Of a stretch of 64,000 nt of DNA, positions 17,501 to 28,915 are shown piece by piece. Location: positions 434,001 to 498,000 of the forward strand of contig CP128819.1 of assembly GCA_051546255.1 (NCBI GenBank), in the 5' to 3' direction. The position numbers were made by a program, and so were the translations under genes. How positions within the stretch are numbered: the first letter of the stretch is position 1; each line of letters starts with the position of its first letter. The notes below the pieces were generated by a model that was not told where the DNA came from, did no database searches, and saw only the letters and a list, made by a program, of their open reading frames with translations. Source of the stretch: Meyerozyma guilliermondii. Its lineage: Eukaryota.

Positions 17501-20173
17501 ATGCAAGCACCAAGGTCTCCGATATTCCCGCCCCAGCGATTAACACTCGCTGGAGATACAGACATGGAGTCCAGAAACCAGGTGTTGCTTCCTCAGCTTC
17601 CGGACAAACCTGTTTGTCTGACTTCAACGTTGCAAGTGTACGTTATTCCAGCCGAAGATCGTCTCTTTTTGCAAGGGTTCGACTCCAATGAGTATGCTGA
17701 AAGGCCTCCTACTTTGTTGAGGGGATGCCTCTGGTTGAGGGTCCTCAAACCGACGAGGATACGCTCGCTTACTTTGCAATTTAAAGGAGCGGAACGCACC
17801 GATTGGCCCGAAGGAATCCCGCCAAAACGAAATCAAACTGTTGAGATTAATGACATTATCTCTCACACTTGGCCGTTTTTTCAGCTGGGTAACACAGCAA
17901 TCACGCCCAATAACGGTGCTGACTTCTACAGAGAACTACCTAGACATGGAGACCACGATGTATCTAGTCTCAACCTTGCTGAGACCATCTCAAGAGGCAC
18001 ATCGCCCGCTCCAGATGTTTCGTCGTCAGGGTTTTTAAACAGCGGTCTCTCGCCTGTAAGACTTGTGAAGCGGGCAACGATAGATGCTGGCTCATCTTTC
18101 ACTTCATTAGCTGACCTTTCTCCTATGAGTTCGGTCAACGACGATTCATCCAAAGCAGGGAGTTTTGTGCCCGGTGACTATATCTATAATTTTGAGCACC
18201 CGATCCACCCGCTGCTTCCTGAAACGACGTCCGTGACGTTCGGGTCGGTGTTTTATCATTTGGAAGTCACGGTGGCTCGATATGGTACGTTTAAACCCAC
18301 GTTGACAGGGAAAATTCCCGTCGAAATTATACGAACTCCATCAGAGGAAAATCTCGAGGAGAACGAGCCAATTGTCATCACACGAACCTGGGACGACCAG
18401 ATCCAGTATGATATCGTGGTTGGTGCTAAATCTGTCATTTTGAATACTTACCTTCCACTTGCATTCAGGTTTGTTCCATTGTTCGGAAAAGTAGCGCTTC
18501 ATCGAATTCGAGTTTATTTCACCGAACATCTCGAATACTACTGCCTCAACAAAAAGGTTCATAGAATGGAACCCGAGAAAAAATACCTCTTGCTTGAACA
18601 CAAAGCTCCCAAGGGTCATTCGTTGCTTTCAGACAGCGCTGTTGATTCTGAGGAAGATGTCGAAATCTTACCAAGAGAATTGGAATTCCAAGTATACGTT
18701 CCACAAGTGCTCAACAGGTACCACAATCACATGTTACATCCAGATACTTCATTCACAAATATTCAAGCTCATCATTGGATAAAAATATGTCTTCGTCTTT
18801 CAAGAAATGACGAGAGTGCAGGCAAACGGAAGCATTATGAAATTTCAATTGATTCACCCATTCATGTCTTATCTCCTCAAGCTGCTCACGGCAATACTTT
18901 ATTGCCAGCGTACGAAAATGAAATGGACCTAAATGCTCCTCAAGCAATGTCGTCTCCCCCATTATCTCCAGATGTGACAGCTTTATCTAGTGATCATGAT
19001 CCGAATGATTTGCTTGCTCGAGGATATACTCTTCCCGTGGACAGGCTGGGCTCGCCCTATAGAATCAGCTCTCCCATGAGTGAAGGAGAGCCAATTGAGC
19101 GTGATGCCAATATGCACTTGGAAGCCAATTTGTATCAACCAAATGCTGACTCCATCGATCACAATCTCAGTGCATCACAGGCAAAGCCAGACACAACTAT
19201 ACTGCCATTGAACTCACCAATGCAACGTCCAATCCATGTGGTCCGGAGACCATCTTTCAATCCTCCAACATTTGAAGCAGCTACTTCACCTCTCTTGTCA
19301 GGCGGACCACCTCTCGAGGCAGGGCCACCTCCAGCATACGAGGCTTCTCAGTCTCTTTCCTTGTCACCGCTCCGCATAAACGACAGTCAAAAAGCTACCC
19401 ATGGCTCGACAATTGCTGGAGCTAGTCCATTCCCACTGATTGTAGGGTCCGAGACTCCTATCAAAGAGATGCTTAGACAGCATTTGGGTTCAGACTATCA
19501 CCTGGCAGGCGATTCTGATAACAGATCTCGTTCGTCCAAGGGTACTCAATCCAGCGGATCGTCGTTAACAACCGGGCATAATGAGACTGACGTTACTGAT
19601 TCCCAACAATCGATCAATCTGAAGGTAGAAGATACTGTGCCTGTCCATGACCAGGAAAATCTTAACCATGAAAATCAAAGTACGTCCAAGTCGAGGCAAT
19701 CGTCGTTCAGTTCAGAGGGCTCTACAACCCTGGATCCACCGGTTGAGCAAACGCTTCCATTGCTCAGCGAGTCAACTACCTCTTTGGACAATGTGCCGAT
19801 TGAGAGCAGAAATTCGTCCATCACTTCATTCCATGATCGCCGGACAAGTAATGCCTTTGGTGCCCAACGAATCACCGAGTTTATGAATGGTAACTTCATC
19901 GACGATTTATACAAATCAGGTAACTTGTCGCTGCTTCGAAACCCCCGTCTCAAAAAGCATTATCAAGAAGAGCTGAAGACGCCAGTCGTTCCAGATAAAG
20001 CAAGACAGAAAAGCTTTGGAATCGTAGATGCTTTGAATGGAGATAACTCGTCTCAAAGCTCCAATTCCACCGATAGTGGATCTCGTCGAAGCACCAACGA
20101 CAATACTTTCTTACCTGAGCGTATCATCGAGGGAAAAGAGGTTCCCGGATTCAATGTCGATTACATTATGTAG
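17501..20173 (+). CDS. Alpha-arrestin (Aly1/Aly2-like Rsp5 adaptor)
   Basis: LLRGCL..RV.KPT.I.S..L.FKG..RTDWPEGIPPK arrestin-N; HYEISIDSPIH; LPAY and PPPAY motifs; disordered tail. Confidence 0.85.
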   Translation: MQAPRSPIFPPQRLTLAGDTDMESRNQVLLPQLPDKPVCLTSTLQVYVIPAEDRLFLQGFDSNEYAERPPTLLRGCLWLRVLKPTRIRSLTLQFKGAERTDWPEGIPPKRNQTVEINDIISHTWPFFQLGNTAITPNNGADFYRELPRHGDHDVSSLNLAETISRGTSPAPDVSSSGFLNSGLSPVRLVKRATIDAGSSFTSLADLSPMSSVNDDSSKAGSFVPGDYIYNFEHPIHPLLPETTSVTFGSVFYHLEVTVARYGTFKPTLTGKIPVEIIRTPSEENLEENEPIVITRTWDDQIQYDIVVGAKSVILNTYLPLAFRFVPLFGKVALHRIRVYFTEHLEYYCLNKKVHRMEPEKKYLLLEHKAPKGHSLLSDSAVDSEEDVEILPRELEFQVYVPQVLNRYHNHMLHPDTSFTNIQAHHWIKICLRLSRNDESAGKRKHYEISIDSPIHVLSPQAAHGNTLLPAYENEMDLNAPQAMSSPPLSPDVTALSSDHDPNDLLARGYTLPVDRLGSPYRISSPMSEGEPIERDANMHLEANLYQPNADSIDHNLSASQAKPDTTILPLNSPMQRPIHVVRRPSFNPPTFEAATSPLLSGGPPLEAGPPPAYEASQSLSLSPLRINDSQKATHGSTIAGASPFPLIVGSETPIKEMLRQHLGSDYHLAGDSDNRSRSSKGTQSSGSSLTTGHNETDVTDSQQSINLKVEDTVPVHDQENLNHENQSTSKSRQSSFSSEGSTTLDPPVEQTLPLLSESTTSLDNVPIESRNSSITSFHDRRTSNAFGAQRITEFMNGNFIDDLYKSGNLSLLRNPRLKKHYQEELKTPVVPDKARQKSFGIVDALNGDNSSQSSNSTDSGSRRSTNDNTFLPERIIEGKEVPGFNVDYIM

Positions 20174-20222
20174 TCTACACCTTATTTATAAAATGTAGTC
20201 TTTTTGCAATATATACTGCTAC

Positions 20223-21278
20223 TTAGACATCTTTTTTATCGACAATGGTACCGTCTGCCTGCTGCTCCATGTCTCCCAACCATTCATATAAGACAGCCAA
20301 ATCACGGCTGGCTATGTCTTCTCTTTCGCAAGCCTTTTCGTACCAGTGTCTACTAACGTCTCCCATGAACAAGAAACGGTCGTTGAACTTGGCAGCATCA
20401 GTAGCCAACACCAAATCCTTTTTGGTCAACTTGGTGATAAACCCACCGTTATAACCATCATCTACTGGCAAGCGGTATTCTGCAGGGTACACTCCAGGAA
20501 TAGGACAATTATCGACGGCGGCCCAGCATTTACCAGTGGAAACTGCCACCAATTTGGAATACTTGACCAAGTCAAGACCAAAGGAGTGAGCCAAGCGAAA
20601 CGAATCCGCAACCGCCAAGTTTGTAACTGCGAGAAGATAATTATTTGACAATTTTGCAGCTAAACCAGCACCATGATTGGCTCCACAAGGGAAGATATTC
20701 TTACCCATTTTTTTAAGAAGAGTGTTCAAACTAGGAGAAATAGACTCGTCAGTAGGACGAGAGAGCATGAACGAAAGCGTTCCTTTTCTTGCTCCGGCAA
20801 CACCTCCCGAAACCGGAGTGTCAATGAAGTCAAATTCAGGAATCTGTTGTTTGACATAATTGTGTACTTCAATTGATGTAGGAATGTCAATGGTGGACGA
20901 GTCAAGAATAGTGGTCTTGGTGGTGGAAGGAGCACCCTGTTGGTAAGTTTCAATGAGCTGTTGTACAACTCCCTTGACATGTCTTCCCTCAGGTACCATG
21001 GTGATAATGTAATCTAACTGAGCATTGACTCCAGTGACAAAATCTGAAATATTGTACAATGCTTTGAGACAGTCTTTTCTGTCGGGAGAAGCACTGGTCA
21101 CCGTGTTAACAAAAGTCTCGGTGGCATCCCGCAGAACATCGTGAACGTAGAGTGAATCATTAGGCTCCAATTGATTATAGATGTGTCTGGCCATATGCTG
21201 GCCCATCTGACCAAGACCAATGAATCCATAGTTGGCAAGAATCCGAGACGAAGTTGAGAGTTGCCTGACTGCTTTCAT
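20223..21278 (-). CDS. HPD1: 3-hydroxyisobutyrate/3-hydroxypropionate dehydrogenase, mitochondrial
   Basis: GFIGLGQMGQHMA Rossmann motif, DSSTID, DTPVSGG, AAKLSNN; first ATG 21278 with presequence MKAVRQLSTSSR. Confidence 0.88.
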   Translation of the reverse strand: MKAVRQLSTSSRILANYGFIGLGQMGQHMARHIYNQLEPNDSLYVHDVLRDATETFVNTVTSASPDRKDCLKALYNISDFVTGVNAQLDYIITMVPEGRHVKGVVQQLIETYQQGAPSTTKTTILDSSTIDIPTSIEVHNYVKQQIPEFDFIDTPVSGGVAGARKGTLSFMLSRPTDESISPSLNTLLKKMGKNIFPCGANHGAGLAAKLSNNYLLAVTNLAVADSFRLAHSFGLDLVKYSKLVAVSTGKCWAAVDNCPIPGVYPAEYRLPVDDGYNGGFITKLTKKDLVLATDAAKFNDRFLFMGDVSRHWYEKACEREDIASRDLAVLYEWLGDMEQQADGTIVDKKDV

Positions 21279-21549
21279 TATTGTTCGAAACTGGAATTCT
21301 GGTGGGGTGGGGAAACCCCAGCTTATATAAGTGTACCCCAGATTTTCTGCGAACTCCACTTCTTTTCCGAGTAGCCGTGGATGAACCGATGCGCGGAAAT
21401 CGAGCTCCTTCCTGTGCTATTGGCGCCGTAAAAGGCACTTTTACGGAATAGCTTGGATACCTCCGAGTCCGCAGGAAAAGTTCCATTGTAGCCATTTAAG
21501 CTTATAGTAACAATGAACTCGAGAACCGGTTCTCACGTGCGGTTACTGA

Positions 21550-22794
21550 TTATGTGGTACCGTCAATTGCCATTCCTAACCAGTCACTGATCTCATCATG
21601 GGTAACGAAACCGGCAACCTCGCTCCCGGAGTACTTGAGAACACCTTTCTTCGCCATCAATGCCAAATATTGAAACGAATCACGTATAACCTTTTCTTCG
21701 GTTTCGCTGACTGCGGCATCAAATTGCAAGATAACCGAGGAGACAACCGTCTTTCGATCCATTTCAAACTTCACGGTAAATCCATATTCTTCTGAGCGTA
21801 ATTCATGGGTAAATTTGGGAGTATTACCGTAAACCCACTCTCTAGTTGTTAAATGCGTTGCAAGCTCTGACACTTCAGATGGTAACTCGGTTCCTTTAGT
21901 TATCTCGAAAACCTCTGGTTCTTCACCAGAATAGCTTTTGAATGCGTTTGTGACCACCTGGCGGAAGACATCACTCGGTATCTCTACATTTTTCACCTTT
22001 GATTTCACCGATGGAATGGAAGACATGGCGTCAACTTTGCCCAACTTGGATTCGTCTCGTGAAAGCAATTGACCGAGAATATCGAGTCTCAGATTCAAGA
22101 GCATGGTCCCATGGTGATACGACCTTCCTTTTGTCAATTTGTAGGCCGAACCGCTGACTTTATAATTTATGCCATCGATGCTTTTGGTGACTATATCTCC
22201 TCTTTCGTTCACCTCTAATTGTACCGGTGAACTTGCATGCTTGTTGACGGCTTCTACGACAATATTTGCAAATTTTAGCCTGTCGAAAGCCTCCTTGGTA
22301 GTCATGTAGGAAAAGTTCACATTACCCATATCATGAACGACGGTTCCACCACCGGAATTTCGCCTTACTAATGGAATATGCAATGAATTGAGTAAAGGAA
22401 GATTGGCTTCCTTCCATGGATTCTGATTCTTTCCGATGACAACGCAAGGTGTGTTTGTGTAGAACATGAGACGGTTATAGTTATGCAGTTTGTGGTTTGG
22501 TAATGGCATTTTTGTGAAAATGTAGTCTTCCAATGCCAAGTTTATATACGGGTCGTTGAGTTTTGATACAATTACCAACGGTTTCTTGACCTCTGCCACC
22601 TGACTCAATGAACTATGAAAGCCATCTGTGTTTTGTTCGGTTGGCTTTATCTTTGTGGGATCAATATGTTGGAAATCAGCCAAATTGAAGTCATCTGCAT
22701 CCACCTCCGTCAAGTCGCTTTCAAATGGAGGAGTTATGAAGGTTCTACGAAGGCTCGGCCTCACCGCACGATATTGTGTTGCAAACCGAATCAT
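21550..22794 (-). CDS. AIM22: Mitochondrial lipoate-protein ligase A family (Aim22/Lip3)
   Basis: PYINLALEDY, VVIGKNQNPW, RRNSGGGTVVHDMGN, KVSGSA, HHGTML. Confidence 0.93.
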   Translation of the reverse strand: MIRFATQYRAVRPSLRRTFITPPFESDLTEVDADDFNLADFQHIDPTKIKPTEQNTDGFHSSLSQVAEVKKPLVIVSKLNDPYINLALEDYIFTKMPLPNHKLHNYNRLMFYTNTPCVVIGKNQNPWKEANLPLLNSLHIPLVRRNSGGGTVVHDMGNVNFSYMTTKEAFDRLKFANIVVEAVNKHASSPVQLEVNERGDIVTKSIDGINYKVSGSAYKLTKGRSYHHGTMLLNLRLDILGQLLSRDESKLGKVDAMSSIPSVKSKVKNVEIPSDVFRQVVTNAFKSYSGEEPEVFEITKGTELPSEVSELATHLTTREWVYGNTPKFTHELRSEEYGFTVKFEMDRKTVVSSVILQFDAAVSETEEKVIRDSFQYLALMAKKGVLKYSGSEVAGFVTHDEISDWLGMAIDGTT

Positions 22795-22817
22795 ATTTCA
22801 ACTTTTCATCGCAGACT

Positions 22818-22832
22818 CTCATCGCGAAAATT
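22818..22832. promoter_or_regulatory. PAC element upstream of POP4
   Basis: CTCATCGC (GCGATGAG reverse) at 22818-22825 followed by GAAAATT, in the ~58 bp divergent AIM22/POP4 gap. Confidence 0.55.
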
Positions 22833-22852
22833 ACCATCGATAACCGTTGATA

Positions 22853-23704
22853 ATGAACAGAAAAGATCCCTTGGAACGACATTTGCTCACCAGGTGCTAT
22901 GACTCCGAGTCCAGAATCCAGGAGCTCTTATCATCCAGATACTCTGTTTCTGGCGATCAGAAGCCTTCGCTAGTCTTGCTTCCTACTGGAATGGCATCAG
23001 ACTCAAATCGGCCATCGTTGAATACGAGACTGAAAACAAGGTCTATGGATGCCATTCGTAAGCAAAAGACACGATATGTCGTCAGAGACTATGTCAAAAC
23101 TACACTTAACAACCAAAAGAAACTAGTGAAGAAAATACAAGCACACAATCGTCGATATAAGAACGTTGATGAAGCAAAGAGGAAGACGTTTCCGATTAAA
23201 AAGATGATTGAAAAGTACTCAATTCCCCAATATTCCGACTTTGTCGCTATGAACAATATGTGGCAGGACTACATTCAAACTTTACTCTTTCCGAACCCAG
23301 ATTCCAGCACTCTTCCGGGAATTGGCACTATGCTCCCCAAATTAGCTACTGCTGATTACCACGGATGTCTCTTGACGGTGATTGATTCTAGCAATAAACT
23401 CTTGAAAGGAGTCCGGGGAATAGTTGTTTTGGACACACAGCATACTTTCATACTAGTGGTTCCGCAAAATGAAGATGCCAAAGATGGTAACGATCACAAA
23501 ACTTCATTTTCGCCTACAGAGCAAGTTGGTGGACTCCGAGCTATTGCCAAGAAGGGAAGCTTGTTCGGCTTCGATGTGCTAATACCCAAGGATAACGAGG
23601 AAGAATGTTTGGGTTTTACCATAGCGGGAACTAGGTTTGAATTCAGATCGCCTGATCGAGCTGCACGCAAGTTCAAAAATCACAAGGTTAATGATTTGAT
23701 ATAG
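22853..23704 (+). CDS. POP4: RNase P/MRP subunit Pop4 (Rpp29)
   Basis: MWQDYI..L, KLATADYHGCLLTV, GVRGIVV, RSPDRAARKFK. Confidence 0.92.
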   Translation: MNRKDPLERHLLTRCYDSESRIQELLSSRYSVSGDQKPSLVLLPTGMASDSNRPSLNTRLKTRSMDAIRKQKTRYVVRDYVKTTLNNQKKLVKKIQAHNRRYKNVDEAKRKTFPIKKMIEKYSIPQYSDFVAMNNMWQDYIQTLLFPNPDSSTLPGIGTMLPKLATADYHGCLLTVIDSSNKLLKGVRGIVVLDTQHTFILVVPQNEDAKDGNDHKTSFSPTEQVGGLRAIAKKGSLFGFDVLIPKDNEEECLGFTIAGTRFEFRSPDRAARKFKNHKVNDLI

Positions 23705-23711
23705 CATAGTA

Positions 23712-24569
23712 CTACTCGAGATCCTTAATATCCTGCTGAAGTAGTACATTGTCGGGGTTGACACTTTCAATCAAAGATTTGATATAATCTTTATTCTTGG
23801 CATGAGCAGGATTTAGTATACCAGATATCTCCGCTGTTAATTGAGCCGAGTCGAAATCTGGTGTTCCCTCCTTTTCAGGGATGGCAACTATGCTAGCGGT
23901 CGAGTCCAGACGATGATGTTCACTGGTGATATTCGAAACTACCGAGTTGAAATCGGCATGAAAAGTTTTTGATTCTTTGTTGATGAAATTCTTCAAATCA
24001 CCAAGTATCTGCTCTACAGATTTCACGCTTTCTGAAGCTTCTTTGCGTGAGCTTAAATTGGTGAGATCATCCAAAGGACTTTGGGTGGACTGGGTAGTGT
24101 TGACTATGCTCGACTTTGATACTCCATCAAGAATCTGACGCAACTTTATCAATTCGTAGTAGTTGTCGTATATGATCGACTTCTTTGTCAGTTCTTGTGA
24201 TAGAAGTTTGCCACTGACTCCATTACGCACTTTAAGTAAATCATTTATAGACGCCAGTTGCAAAAATTGCTTGATGGATTCGGCATCTTCAAAGTCTACA
24301 GATGCGACAGAATCCGTTTCTCCTGTACTTTCAGTCTCCCTTAGGTGGTGGCTTGTCTGTTCAGGCTCATTCGCTCCAATTTCCGGCGACTTTTCTGACT
24401 TTTGTTTTTGGTCATCTTCTGAAATTTTGTAGAAATCTTGTAAGGCTCGTCTTCGTGAAGATACCTTTCGTGAAGGGACTCTCAGTGATTCTGCTAGAGG
24501 CTCTGAGCCCACATCCTCTCCCTTGCCCTGTTTAGATGGCTTTTTATACGACAATTCCAGATTGTCCAT
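23712..24569 (-). CDS. VPS51: GARP complex subunit Vps51
   Basis: RRRALQDFYK N-terminal motif and KSIIYDNYYELIK Vps51 motif. Confidence 0.85.
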   Translation of the reverse strand: MDNLELSYKKPSKQGKGEDVGSEPLAESLRVPSRKVSSRRRALQDFYKISEDDQKQKSEKSPEIGANEPEQTSHHLRETESTGETDSVASVDFEDAESIKQFLQLASINDLLKVRNGVSGKLLSQELTKKSIIYDNYYELIKLRQILDGVSKSSIVNTTQSTQSPLDDLTNLSSRKEASESVKSVEQILGDLKNFINKESKTFHADFNSVVSNITSEHHRLDSTASIVAIPEKEGTPDFDSAQLTAEISGILNPAHAKNKDYIKSLIESVNPDNVLLQQDIKDLE

Positions 24570-24874
24570 TGTAGTTTAGATTGAATTCGGCACCTGTTGA
24601 TCTGTTTGAATATGCAGGAGATAGGACTATATGCAGAATCACGAATTATGGTAGCAGTCGGACCAAGAAGCTATTTCTTTGCAACTAAAGTTCAAGCTGA
24701 CTGCCACATGTACTAACATCCGAGTGGGGCGTTGTGAGTATTGCAGAGTCACCAAATTCATAGTGGCCCACACAAAAGCCTTTTAGTATCAACACACACG
24801 TACTGCATATTGCCCCAAATATCTAAAGACTAGGACAGTAGAATGAGCGGAAAATAATCTGTATAATAATTACA

Positions 24875-25217
24875 ATGTTGGACGACGATCAAGAGATACA
24901 AAGGATAGCCAGGCAGAGACAAACCGATAAGAATTTTTTTAATAATGCTCGTACCTCCAATTGTACTGCTTATGTTCGTAGCCATTGCACTTAAAATCGC
25001 AGGAGCTCATGAATCCTCAATGGTATTCTTATTCGTGATTGGATTTCTTGTGTACTTGATCATTGCAATCAAAGTCATAGATTACGTCGCAGATTCTAAA
25101 TTGCGGAAGTATAAACAGGCACAAAGTCATTCTTTTGACAAGAACCTTGACTCGAAACAAAAAGGTGAAGAGCAAGATCTTAATGGTTCACAAGAGGAAA
25201 TCGGGGGGAAAAGATGA
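24875..25217 (+). CDS. Small two-TM membrane protein, possibly frameshifted at a T7 run
   Basis: ORF 24945-25217 has two hydrophobic helices; upstream ATG 24875 (MLDDDQEIQRIARQRQTDKNF) joins it in frame if T7 at 24934-24940 were T6. Confidence 0.5.
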
Positions 25218-26570
25218 ACTCCTAAACCACCATTGACGAGTTTATAAGGTTGACGAGAAAGTTGATTGGAGAAATTGTGGACGCTAGTCATGGTTTGGCG
25301 AAAAGTACTATTCCTAGCTCAAGCTCGTCAGCAAACATCGTTAATGATGTGGAATATTTTACTAACATGAAATATTCCAACGAAGATAATGCTCCAGAGT
25401 TTTGTGATCGAAAATCCTGATCGAAAGGTCCCTACAGCTAAAGGTGACTGTACTACTCTCGGATACTTTGCCTGATACATTGTTAATACCGAATATCGAG
25501 ATAACTTCATCAGTGGAGGCTCAACAATTCAGGTATCTAATTAGGACGGTCGACGATACAGACCCACAGAACGTGATTGCTGAATTGTTCAAGTATGACT
25601 ATCACAGATGAAATCATAGATGATCTTCATTGCAGCCGATGATTCGATGGGAAATGGAAGTAAAGAGAATAAAGAAATTGTTCAATAGGGTGCTTTGGTT
25701 AGGATTACTTGGATACTGGTGTAATTTGTGGACCAGTGGCACGAAACCGACTTGTAATGGACTTCCAACTTTTTTGCAACAATTGCAAATTACTAATTTC
25801 TGCTCAATCTGCAAACTCATAGTTGCAATTTACGCAATATATGCCAATTATCCCTTACTTCAACATCTTTACTCTGAATCCACAAATTTCGCAATTCTTC
25901 AAACTTTAGCTGTATGCACCACCACCAACTTCAAATGCCGATCATCATCAAGAACAACCAGAACCTTCTCACAATGGGATTTCGCAGCCCGGTCTCAACC
26001 CTACAGGTTTAAGCGCGAAAAGACCAAAATCGGGGTTGTGTGCAGGCCTTGATGAAAAAGGTGCTCCAATTCAGTGAAGCTGATGGTCACTTAAATCATG
26101 AACGTAGTTGTAGAAAAGTAATGTAGAATTCAAAAGCCGTTTTTTAGTAAAGTGCAACACCTCAGATTTTGCTGCATTATGCTCGGACGACACCCTCGTG
26201 TCCTGCACAACAAATTTTCCCATCCGGGATCAAAAACGACCTCATTTGTTGAGTGCAAAAGTCAGATCCGCAACCTCAGAAGACGTTGTTGGAGAGATTA
26301 GTGTACAGAAACTGGCCAAATCGTTCACACGACTGTCACAAGTATTAGGGCGAATTTGAGACTTGTTTTACCTTGTCAACGTTGCACAAATCTGTCTTAC
26401 GCCTTCATTAGAGTCATTACGACGAGGTGACTTTTCCATACCAATTTTTGACCATTTTACCACCGGTTGTGGCCTATTAGTTGGGTTTTTGGAAGCCATT
26501 ACCGCTTTGTTGAACCAACTGTTACGGTTCTCGTCACGGTATCTCCTACTTGCATTTTTACACGTTGGTG

Positions 26571-28736
26571 ATGTCTGCTCGGTCTGCCTCGATTTCCACC
26601 CCAAAGGCTGATGTCGGGAATACTCAAGGAAAGAGTAACAATCAGGGACCTTCAGCTCGTTCGGTTTCACACGGGTCCAATTTTTTCACCAGAGAAGCTG
26701 GCGGAAGTGGCGGACTTGGCAACGCCGAGTCACATGGAAACCAACCAGCTTCAAGAGTTGCTTCTGCTAATGGAGAAATCGATATTGTGGGAGCATTGAA
26801 CAGCCTTGATCTTGATTTCGAGCTTTCCAAGCCAACAGACTCGTCAACCAGTGGCATCCATGCTGCCACCAATGCATCCACTCCATTTCAATCTCAATTT
26901 TATGAACAATTTCAGAACCAGCTTTATGCATACCCCCAAGCTGGATCCCTCACTCCTAACGCCCAGTCCATAGGAACCTTTGGGTCCGCTTATGGGAACA
27001 CTCCTAGCGGAACATGGAGCAATTTTGTTCCTGCCTCGGCTCCTCAGCTTCCACTCTCACAAAATGTCAATGCCGATTTGATGTCTGTCAAACCTTTTGA
27101 GCTTCCAGAAGAAAGCCAAGGTCAGACCAAAACCGGAGACAACAAAGGTTCGTCATTAAATATGCCATTTTCAACTCCTCCACCGCAACTTCAACTTGGT
27201 GGTGCACCATTTGGTGGAACATTGGAGTCCTTCAGAATAGGTGATCCTTTGAGAGTTGGAGACCAATTGGACAGCTTTAAGACCGAGGGTAGCTCTTCAG
27301 AGAGTGATGCCGATGGATCACTGGCTGAAAGAGTCACTTCTGGACAACATTCAGTTTCAAGATCGTTTTCCACCAGCGGTACTCCTGGTGGTACTCCAGG
27401 CTCGATCCACGAATTCCAGCCATTTGATCAAAAGGCTCCTTATGCCGAAGCCGGGATGCCTCATTACTCTGAATTGCCAATTGTTGGATCAATGATGCAA
27501 CAAATGCAGGTTCCCATGGCTCAATTGAGTGGTTCCTGGCCCCACCAACAACCTCTTCAACATGTACAATCACAGCATCAGCCACACCATTCAGGCTACA
27601 CAAGAAACAGCGGAGAACGTCATCAAGGCTTTAATGGGCGGTTCAACTCGGGTAACAACCGCAGAAATATGTATGAGGGAATGAATGTTCACCGGAAAAT
27701 GAGCAGAAGAAGAGGAGACGATGCTGCGAAATATGCCAATGCCAAGTTGAGTGATTTCAGTGGAGAAATCTATAACCTCTGCAAAGACCAGCATGGATGC
27801 CGATTTCTTCAAAGGCAACTTGACCTGGGCGGTAAGGAGAATAATGGACATGGTAAAGAGCAGAGTAGCGTGGTTGCGACTATGATATTTAATGAAATCT
27901 ACCTTAAAATAGTGGATTTGATGGTGGACCCTTTTGGCAATTACTTGATTCAAAAGTTGTTTGAACATGTTTCTACAGACCAACGAGTCATATTGGTCAA
28001 GAATGCTGCACCAGAATTCATGAGAATAGCACTTGACTCTCATGGCACTAGAGCTCTTCAAAAGCTCGTTGAATGTATTTCCACTGAAGAGGAATCGCAA
28101 CTTCTCATCAAGTCGCTTTCGCCTCATGTTGTTGCATTGTCAAGAGACTTGAACGGTAACCATGTTGTCCAAAAGTGTCTTCAAAGACTTTCCGCTGCCA
28201 ACAATCAGTTCATTTTCGATACTGCTGCCTTCCATTGTAACGAGATTGCTACCCATAGACATGGATGTTGCGTTTTACAACGGTGTTTAGACCATGGAAC
28301 CATGGCCCAGAGAGCACAATTGTCATTAAAAGTTGCACAAAACGCAACCAACCTTTCGTTCGACCCATTTGGTAATTACGTTGTTCAATACGTTTTGACA
28401 AGGGGAGATGCGAAATCGATCGAGATTGTCCTCAGCCATATCCGTAACAATATTGTCACGTTGTCACTTCACAAATTTGGTTCGAATGTCATTGAAAAAT
28501 CGCTTAGGATCAGTACGTTGACTGACACCCTCATTGAAGTTTTATTAGCAAACCAGGCCAGATTCGCAGACATGCTCAACGATGCATATGGAAATTATGT
28601 CCTTCAGACCAGTCTTGACGTAGCTAGCGTTGGAGACCTTCGGAAGCTTTCAGATGTGCTTCAGCCATTATTGCCCAGCATCAAAAACACCCCCCACGGA
28701 AGAAGAATTATGTCCAAAATTCAGAGCATTGCATAA
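26571..28736 (+). CDS. PUF4: Pumilio-family RNA-binding protein Puf4
   Basis: Eight PUF repeats: CKDQHGCRFLQ, GNYLIQK, HGTRALQK, GNHVVQK, HGCCVLQR, GNYVVQY, GSNVIEK, GNYVLQT; first ATG 26571. Confidence 0.88.
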   Translation: MSARSASISTPKADVGNTQGKSNNQGPSARSVSHGSNFFTREAGGSGGLGNAESHGNQPASRVASANGEIDIVGALNSLDLDFELSKPTDSSTSGIHAATNASTPFQSQFYEQFQNQLYAYPQAGSLTPNAQSIGTFGSAYGNTPSGTWSNFVPASAPQLPLSQNVNADLMSVKPFELPEESQGQTKTGDNKGSSLNMPFSTPPPQLQLGGAPFGGTLESFRIGDPLRVGDQLDSFKTEGSSSESDADGSLAERVTSGQHSVSRSFSTSGTPGGTPGSIHEFQPFDQKAPYAEAGMPHYSELPIVGSMMQQMQVPMAQLSGSWPHQQPLQHVQSQHQPHHSGYTRNSGERHQGFNGRFNSGNNRRNMYEGMNVHRKMSRRRGDDAAKYANAKLSDFSGEIYNLCKDQHGCRFLQRQLDLGGKENNGHGKEQSSVVATMIFNEIYLKIVDLMVDPFGNYLIQKLFEHVSTDQRVILVKNAAPEFMRIALDSHGTRALQKLVECISTEEESQLLIKSLSPHVVALSRDLNGNHVVQKCLQRLSAANNQFIFDTAAFHCNEIATHRHGCCVLQRCLDHGTMAQRAQLSLKVAQNATNLSFDPFGNYVVQYVLTRGDAKSIEIVLSHIRNNIVTLSLHKFGSNVIEKSLRISTLTDTLIEVLLANQARFADMLNDAYGNYVLQTSLDVASVGDLRKLSDVLQPLLPSIKNTPHGRRIMSKIQSIA

Positions 28737-28915
28737 AGGGACATTTTGGACTCGACATTTGTATTTTAGATTGTACATTATCTGCCTTCTGGGAAGTTGT
28801 ATATATAAATCATGTGTGATTTGAATACTTTACTTGTAGGTATACGGGAGTGTATATAGTGACTGATTGTGGAGATGTACAAGTTTGATATCATTTTGCA
28901 ATTCTGCAACAATCA

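Noticed and set aside
24711..25366. Isolated TACTAAC motifs at 24711 and 25360
   Set aside because: No canonical GTATGT/GTAAGT donor or joinable exons found upstream.
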